NCBI GenBank assembly: GCA_964016885.1
Contig: OZ024740.1
Span: forward strand, 400,582,001 to 400,646,000
Direction of reading: 5' to 3'
Source of the DNA: Eledone cirrhosa
Lineage: Eukaryota
DNA: 64,000 bases
Below, in pieces: positions 55,639 through 64,000 of this stretch. The notes below the pieces were generated by a model. The model searched no databases. It saw nothing but the letters and a program-made list of their open reading frames with translations, and was not told where the DNA came from. A program made the position numbers and the translations under genes. Every line of letters starts with the position of its first letter. Position 1 is the stretch's first letter.

Positions 55639-56380
55639 TAAAATAACAGATTAAAGTTTAAGCAAAGAATCGCTGCTTTCACCCTTAACGGGATCTTCTG
55701 AAACTAACAAAGTCAATCTGTAAACGCAGAAGTGGATATTTCAAAAAACGTTGCAACCGGAGGAAGACAGGAAGACGAAACTTTGGTTCGTGGAAACGTT
55801 CGCTTATATCTGGAGTCTAAAAGACAACCACACCCAATATAAGTTACACTGGGAGATCCTAGCTAGGGCTAGATCGTATAACGGAAATAAAAGACCATGT
55901 GACCTCTGCGCCGCTGAGGCCCTGGAAATACTCTACGCCACAGACCACATCTTAAACAAAATATCTGAGGCAATTTCGGCTTGTAAACATAACTTGCACA
56001 AAACTTTCCTGTATTACAGCCCCACGTTATACCCTAACGGATAGTACGATCTATACGTGGATATTTTACGTCTGGATGTGGGAGCTAAGTATATGTTTTG
56101 TTTATAGCATTACTTATTTGCATAACGAACGTTTCCACGAACCAAAGTTTCGTCTTCCTCTCTTCTTCCGGTTGCAACGTTTTTTGAAATATCCACTTCT
56201 GCGTTTACAGATTGACTTTGTTAGTTTCAGAAGATCCTGATAAGGGTGAAAGCAGCGATTCTTTGCTTAAACTTTAATCTGTTATTTTAATAAATATTTG
56301 CTCTACGGTTCTTATATATTTCATATATATTTATCCTTATCGAGACCTCTTTGGATTTTAGTCTTCAAATTTATTATTAT

Positions 56381-56383
<3 letters not shown>
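55632..56383 (+). mobile_element. Penelope-like 3' end: inverted pseudo-LTR, GIY-YIG C-terminus, pseudo-LTR
   Basis: 55632-55802 is inverted relative to about 56125-56299; between them YIWSLKDNHTQYKLHWEILARARSYNGNKRPCDLCAAEALEIL...LNKISEAISACKH. Confidence 0.8.
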
Positions 56384-56442
<59 letters not shown>

Positions 56443-56689
56443 ATGAAATAGAAGTCAACAGGTTATAATTTACATAAAGAAGAAATAAAGCTTACTTCTG
56501 TTGTTTCGATTCATTGATATGCTACGGGCTAGTATTTGGTGTTGCTCTCTCAATGCAGCGGTGACATATGAGAATGCAACACCAAATATATGCCCGGGCA
56601 TATCCGATTCGTCCTACACGCAATAATAGCTGTTTAACAATACTCTACATGTAAGTAATACTCGGACAATGGATGAGTGTGTGCAGAAC

Positions 56690-58690
56690 AGCTTTGTCGT
56701 ACAGATGGATCTCGGTCAGATCAATCTGAGCGTATTTCCATGCCAGTAGATTTCGCCTTGAACTAGCAGTACCGTCAGTACCATTCCCAGTTTAGTGATT
56801 TCTGGAAGTTGTCCATAGTCCCCGGTTTGAATGTTCTCTGGAACGGACTGGTTAATTGGATTTCGTCGACAACCAGAGCCACTCCGAGAACGTCGTTGCT
56901 CTTGCCCACAACTAATTCTGACACTATTCCAGATGCCAGGTCACCAATCTCGGTCATTATTTGATCTACGACCTCAGCTCAGTCAAAAATATGAGCTGAC
57001 AAACAGCGACCCCGCCCGTTCACCGTTTAGGTATATCTCGAGATGCCGTTGCTTCAGCACATGTTTGCACATCATCAGTCACGGTATTCCCAGCCCTCCA
57101 AGTAGAGGGTGCTTGCATCAGATAGACCACTTCACCAATGGAACGCTCCAATTAGCGAGGTATGAATGAGAGCAGGCACGTCGGTCAGGCGTTAATAGAT
57201 GATGGATGTGATGTATGCATTCACCAGCTCCGCCCAACCTTTCAGACTTAGCTTGCTCTCGGACCATTTCTGAGTGAAATGGTCACCCTGTACATTATCT
57301 CGTCCCAATTCTTTTCCATCTGGAGGTCTGTCCCAAATTAGACACAGAGTGTCCAACGACGCTGTTCATCGGCATAGATTTGCTTCTCCATTTGCCGAGT
57401 TGCAAACCCACCGAGTATTCCGTGTGGATCTTTGTCTCGTCAACCTTTCATGTTCGTCTAAGAAGTAACCACCATCTCTATTTCTTAGGTGTTAAACACC
57501 ACTACGTTGATCTCATCCGCTTATGCCGACGCAACACTTCCACGCCCCACAACTGCACAAGTTTCCGTAGTAGTGGCTTGAGAGTCAGTACGTACAAAAT
57601 AGAAAACTGAGGACATCCATCACGGACAAACCACGTGATCTGGAACATTTTCGATAGGGGGCCGTTGACTTCGAGTTGGCCATCGAGTCGATGCCACTAT
57701 GCAATGCAGCTTCCAGACGCTGAAGCGGAACCGAAGCCGGATGACTTGAAAACAGGTCCAGATATCGATGGTCGAGCCTATCGAAAGCTTTCCGTGGATC
57801 CAAATTGATCACAGCTCCACTGAAGTCAGGTTTACTCCCTACTCTTTCTAAGTTGTATCGTTTCTTAGAGAACTCGCCTTGGATCTGGCAAGACAGACTT
57901 CGTGTTTCGCATTGAAGAAATGGTCTAGTGCTATTCTCGCAGCTAGCACGTCGGTTGCAATACCCCACCTAATAGCCTCTTCTAATTTATTTATCCCTCT
58001 CTTGAGAGTACTCTACCACCCTTATTGATGACACCCCTATAAACGTACACTTATCTAAAGTGCTTCTCCGATCACACGAGTAAATAGGTGTTGGTTCCTA
58101 TTTATTATTATTTGTGATGTTACTGCTGTTATTGTTGTTGTTGCTGCTGCTGTCATTGTTTTGTGAATGTAGGTGGGTTCCATCGCCACAAACGACGCAC
58201 CATGGCCTTCTACATTCAACGATTACGGAAAGGTGGCTCCTGTAATCGAGGTCTATCACCTCTGGAATCTCTTGGATGTTTTTCTGGTCAGCCTTGATCA
58301 GGAGTTCCATTTCATATCCGGACCAGTTCTGTTTCATTCCTATCACCTGGATGACCTTTGTATTGTCCTCGATATCGGCTAGGACGGCAGCCATCAGCCA
58401 GGGAATTGTTATGACCGGCGGAACCTGGGTTACCCTCACTTTCACGAGCCTTTGTCCGCAGTAACATAGGACTAGTGTGAGCTCATCGATCTGTTGTGGA
58501 ACCATAGAGTGTTCTCTGGCTTCCTGTGGGGTTCCAAAGAACACATCCACGTTTCCATATCTTTGTGCACGTATGATGTGGGGTTCCTGAGTCCACACAT
58601 ATCACAAAGCCTTTTAGATCTGGGACTCGGATGCCCGCTCCACTCGGCGTGTTTTTATGTTAAGTGTACTGTAGTAGTTTACATTAAAAA
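56690..58690 (-). mobile_element. Decayed, internally deleted Tx1-like element
   Basis: ORF1-like VIVECRRPWCVVCG; ORF2-like INLDPRKAFDRLDHRYL and MDNFQKSL match the 44-50 kb element. Confidence 0.8.
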
Positions 58691-58691
58691 T

Positions 58692-59014
58692 AATTGTTTC
58701 TGCTTTTGTCGACGTCGTAAGGATGAAAGGCAAAGTTAACCTTGGCAGGATTTGAACTCAGAATGGAAAGGGACGTAACTCTATGCGTCAAAGCATGGCA
58801 TCTGGCCCTCTACCGATACTGCAAAAAATAATTGTTTCTACTTTAGGCACAAGGCCAGCAATTACCCAGTGCATTACTGGTACTTTATTTTATCGACCCC
58901 GTAAGGATGAAAGGCAAAGTCAACCTCGGCGGGATTTGAACTCAGATCGTAAAGGGACATAACTATGCTGGAAAGCATGGCGTCCGACCCTCTACCGATA
59001 CTGCCAATCCACCG
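58692..59014 (-). mobile_element. Two SINE copies; the second (58833-59014) has a 19-bp target-site duplication
   Basis: CGATACTGCAAAAAATAAT at 58814-58832 and 59015-59033. Confidence 0.85.
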
Positions 59015-59666
59015 CGATACTGCAAAAAATAATATTTCATAAATACAATGAAAATATATTTTCTTGCTGCGGCGGATAACTATTAAAGCAATTCATATTT
59101 TGTATTCGAGGAACGTGAAACAATTCACTGTCTTCTGAATATGAGCCAAGTTCTCTAACCCTTAAACAACGTGCTTTCATATATATCAACTATAAAACAA
59201 ATTAAGATTTCTAAAATACCGAACAGGCAACAAAATTAGGTAACTGGAAGGAATTCGGTCATCTACTTCTACTCTGGTATTTGGTAGGTGCCAATTTTAA
59301 CGACAAACCAGAGCAATCAAAGGCAACATTTCATTTTCGTGTGATTTGAACTCTGAATAAAACGAGCATTACAGTAATGCCACAAGCTAACACGTACATA
59401 ATTCTGCTAAATTTGACATATTCTACCCAACATTATAGACGTAGTTCTCTCATGGACATTTCATTCACAAAACGACGTATTAAAAAAATGTATATATAAA
59501 CATTTAGCTTTTGTACATACAAAGTTGTGAAAACGTGGCATGAGCAAAATAAATAGTAATATATTTCTAATTATAGAAATAAGTAACTAAATATATATGT
59601 GTTCAGAAACAATTTAATGAAATATAAGTATCTTCATATTTACACAGAACCACATATGTGTATATG

Positions 59667-59743
<77 letters not shown>

Positions 59744-59755
59744 ATATATTAGCTA

Positions 59756-59848
<93 letters not shown>

Positions 59849-59973
59849 GGTGAGTAATATTGTAGAACGATAAAACTATTATGCATATGTCAGACAGGTA
59901 GCACTCAACAGTTGGTAGAACTGGAGTATATATTAAATAAGAAATTAAAAGATGGTTAAAGAAGTTCGATATA

Positions 59974-60039
59974 TTTTATTATGCGCATTTCGAAAACAAC
60001 ATCATCCTCGAACAAAAATTGTGTTCTCATCAGATAAAA
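59974..60039 (-). ncRNA. Type I HHR motif, relative of 40313-40375
   Basis: Minus strand TTTTAT-CTGATGA-GAACACAAT...GTTGTTTTC-GAAA-TGCGCA-TA-ATAAAA. Confidence 0.7.
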
Positions 60040-60169
60040 TAAGGTAACATGATATGAGGCCTAAAAACACAGGAAAGTGCAAAACCTACATATGACAGAA
60101 AATATAATAGTAAAAAAAAGATAGGAAAATAGAAGAGAAGGGAAGAAGGAGAAAAAGGAAAAAGAAAGT

Positions 60170-60391
<222 letters not shown>

Positions 60392-61049
60392 TTGAATCAG
60401 GAACGCTGTCAAAATGAAAACAGCTGTAAATAACGGTTAACAAGTAAATTGATGAGGTGTATGTGTGAATATTATAGATGGTATTCAAATATTAGAGGCC
60501 TAAAATATAGAAACAGGGTATATTATTTTATATTGGGTTTAAATACTAAAACTTGGATTAAGAAGTGTAAACATGTATTAATAAAATAAAATAAAATTAA
60601 ATTAAAATAAGTATAAAAACGATTTTTATATAAATTAAATTAAAATAAAATAAAAAATTAAAAATAGTCTATCTATGTCAAAATTAAAAATTTCTGTTAA
60701 AAATCTATATATGTGGAGTATACTATTTAATTATTATTTAATATCAACAAGTAAATAAAGGAAATTGCTAGAATGATTTATAAACGTAGAAAAAACATAT
60801 GATAGGTAGAACACTGGAAGGTAATATCCGTAGTGGTAGAGCACTCAACCCATGGGACGAGTTAGTACCAGAATCTTTAACCTCTCCTCTAATAAGGTTA
60901 TCTTTGACAGAGCGGCACCCTACTATAACACAGCGTTAGCTAACAGAGGCTTCTCGCAGCCTATCACTTACTTTCCCACTAACAACAGCAATAAGAAAAG
61001 AAAGCGTAACAATAGATGGTAAAACTAATGTAGGAAAAAATGTTTAACC

Positions 61050-61606
61050 CTCTTAGATAGACACTTTCCCATAGGTCACAAATACCGCTAAACTAAGGCA
61101 CTCTTGCGCTAAGAATATGAAGGCCCACATCACCAACAGCCTAAGAGCAACACGCCACCAGGGTGCTCCTGCCGAAAGCCTGAAGCTTGTCCCTTTCAAC
61201 AGCAATGCAACACACTCGCTGTAGTTTATGAAGCTGTGGTCACTTCCAACCGACCAAATCAACCACAGGAGGTCAAATCCTATGTAGGCAGGGTGGAGGA
61301 CCGATTGAAGGAACGCTTCTTGAACCATCAGTCGACCTTTAGGTACCCGGACAAACGATTATCCACAAAACTCGCGAACCACGTATGGTCCCTCAAGTAT
61401 AAACTACTCCATTCAATGGAAAGCCATCACTAAGTCCAAGCCATACGCAAGGGGCAATTCGACTTGTGGACTATGTATTGATGAACGGATAAATATTCTA
61501 AAGAGATTACGCAATAGCGATTGCTTAAACTCAAGATTTGAAATCTTCACACGATGTCCACAAGTCTGGAAATACCTCTTACATAACTACAAAGCTCTGG
61601 ATTGAA
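61050..61606 (+). pseudogene. Penelope-like GIY-YIG endonuclease remnant
   Basis: GCSCRKPEACPFQQQCNTLAVVYEAVVT...SYVGRVEDRLKERFLNHQSTF...LANHVWSLK, then CGLCIDERINI...LNSRFEIFTRCP after a frameshift. Confidence 0.85.
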
Positions 61607-61763
61607 TAACAACAACATCCTAATTTTCTAGAACCTTTCAAACTTTAGCAGTTATCTCCCTTACATCTTTTGCCCACAATTTTGCATTGCCTGGGTGAAG
61701 TGACCGTTTCTGCGCATGCGCGTTCATACGGCTGTCCTTCCTATTCCGTATAACCATGACCAT

Positions 61764-61806
61764 TACCAGCTGAGGATCCGCTAAGGTGAAACAATTGTTC
61801 TCGGTA
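61764..61806 (+). ncRNA. Minimal type I HHR motif in the pseudo-LTR of this PLE
   Basis: TACCAG-CTGAGGA-TCCGCTAAGGT-GAAA-CAATTG-TT-CTCGGTA, about 160 nt after the stop codon on the same strand. Confidence 0.78.
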
Positions 61807-61833
61807 TAGTGAACTAACTGTTGTGTTAACACT

Positions 61834-61895
<62 letters not shown>

Positions 61896-62354
61896 TATAT
61901 ATGTACATATGTATATATGTATGTGTGTGTGTGTGTATGTGTATGTGTGCGTTACATTTATATATATATGTATGTGTGTGTATGTATAATTGAACGAGAG
62001 TCAGATGAAAAGTTCATATGTTGATTATGAAGGAATGATTCTAGAGCTGTGAAATCTTACATGTAATAACTTGAAGTCTTCTTATTAATAACTGGAGACT
62101 ATGTTGCGAAATAAACCTCATTCGGTAATTCCATTGAGAATATAGTTGTCAGTCTACCCTCGGATGTATATTTATATGCATAGTTTGTCACTTTCTAACA
62201 CGGGATGCCGGGGTTTCATTCACAGTTTCCTGCTGAAAGATTACCGTCAGATATGTTGAGACGTTCGCTTTTGCCTTTCGTGTTCCCACAAGCGGGAAGC
62301 AAATAAAGATTTGTATGATTGTTCAACGTACCTAACATTATTTTTAACCTTGAA

Positions 62355-62451
<97 letters not shown>

Positions 62452-62568
62452 TATATATATTCACATACGGTTGATTCTGTCAGGATCCGATGTGGAGGGG
62501 AGCGTTTGAGGATTCTGCCCCCCACGACCCTCTCAGGAAAAGTGGGCGAAGAGGTAGAAGATATATAT

Positions 62569-62622
<54 letters not shown>

Positions 62623-63056
62623 GTATATATATATATGTATGTGTGTGTGTGTGTGTGTATGTGCGTGCGTGTGACGTGTGCACAAGTGTGTATGCGTAGT
62701 AATTGTTTATCTAATTGTTCATGCGTCTCTCCTATTGTTACGCTATCCCCCAGTTAACTGACTAATCGCCTACACGGACAGCGGCGGTCAGAATAAGTGA
62801 ATGCTAATGCGATATAAAGCTAGCGGAAAGACAAAGATTTGACAGCGGCGCTTCCGCCGAAATCAGTCAGCACGTGGCTCACAGTGTCTCGGGCATTTAG
62901 TGACCAGCGTCGTGTCACTGAAGTATCGCCTTCATGGCAATTTCTGGAAGATGTGCAACTGTGCACACCTTATCACCAGCAATATCAGCAGTTGAACAAC
63001 CAGCGTCTCATAACCCAGGATCCCCTGTTAAAAATTATGGCATGATTATTTATATA

Positions 63057-63195
<139 letters not shown>

Positions 63196-63577
63196 GTATA
63201 TATATATATATATGTATGTATGTATATCTATATACATTTGTCTACCTTGCTTTATTGTTTTACATGTATTTAGCATATTTATATGTGTGTGTCTGTGCAC
63301 GTGCAGGCACGTGTTTTCCTCTTGCTGCATGCGTTTATATATGCGAGTATATATATATATGTAAGTATACTTGCATTTCAGTGTGCGTTTTAACATGTAT
63401 CGAATAATTTATATTTGAGCATTCGTCTGTTAATGGTAATTACACGTTGGATTAGAGGGTACATATATCGTCAACTTTTTGTATGTCAGGTAGAGTATAT
63501 ATATATGCTACACACACATATATATATATATATATATAAATATTTATTATAAGAACAGATGACTCTTCACATTTACT

Positions 63578-63642
<65 letters not shown>

Positions 63643-64000
63643 ATAATAATAAATTTGAAGACTAAAATTCAAAGAAGGCTCGATAAGGATAAATATATAT
63701 ATATATACATACATACATATATATATATATATACGTATATATAGGTATATTTGAGATATAGTCGTCCCAACGTAGATTTATAATTGTCGCTAACTAAAAT
63801 AATATTTGAAAAAATCAAGCAGTGACGAACTATTATTATATTCACATACAATGGGACAACCACATTTCAAATTTCTAAATGTTTGCCAATACTTCTTAAT
63901 TCAACAGGGTGTTTACATATATGGATATATATATATATATATACACACATATATATATATATATACACATACATATATATACACACATACATATATATAC

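Overview
Repeat-dominated, AT-rich eukaryotic (animal) DNA with no host gene I can support. The SINE family and the very long interrupted (TA)n tracts suggest a cephalopod such as octopus (inference). Most long ORFs in the track are YI/IY artefacts of (TA)n. The real coding remnants are retroelements: an RTE-clade LINE, CR1-group LINEs, full-length, truncated and decayed Tx1/L1-clade elements (the intact ones sitting in (GATA)n), and three Penelope-like (PLE) GIY-YIG 3' ends. There are also tRNA-derived SINEs, two Helitron-like elements and a 200-N gap. The main hidden signal is non-coding: about eight unrelated families of small elements carry minimal type I hammerhead ribozyme (HHR) motifs, mostly with palindromic stem III, mostly in fold-back or tandem form and embedded in (TA)n. 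The clearest case is a near-identical 310-bp tandem array with 8 HHR copies and an internal inversion (6793-9534), a retrozyme-like candidate source of circular RNA. Some HHRs are unusual, including a U3-A8 core variant and a ~115-nt stem II. All folds were read by eye; none was computed or tested.
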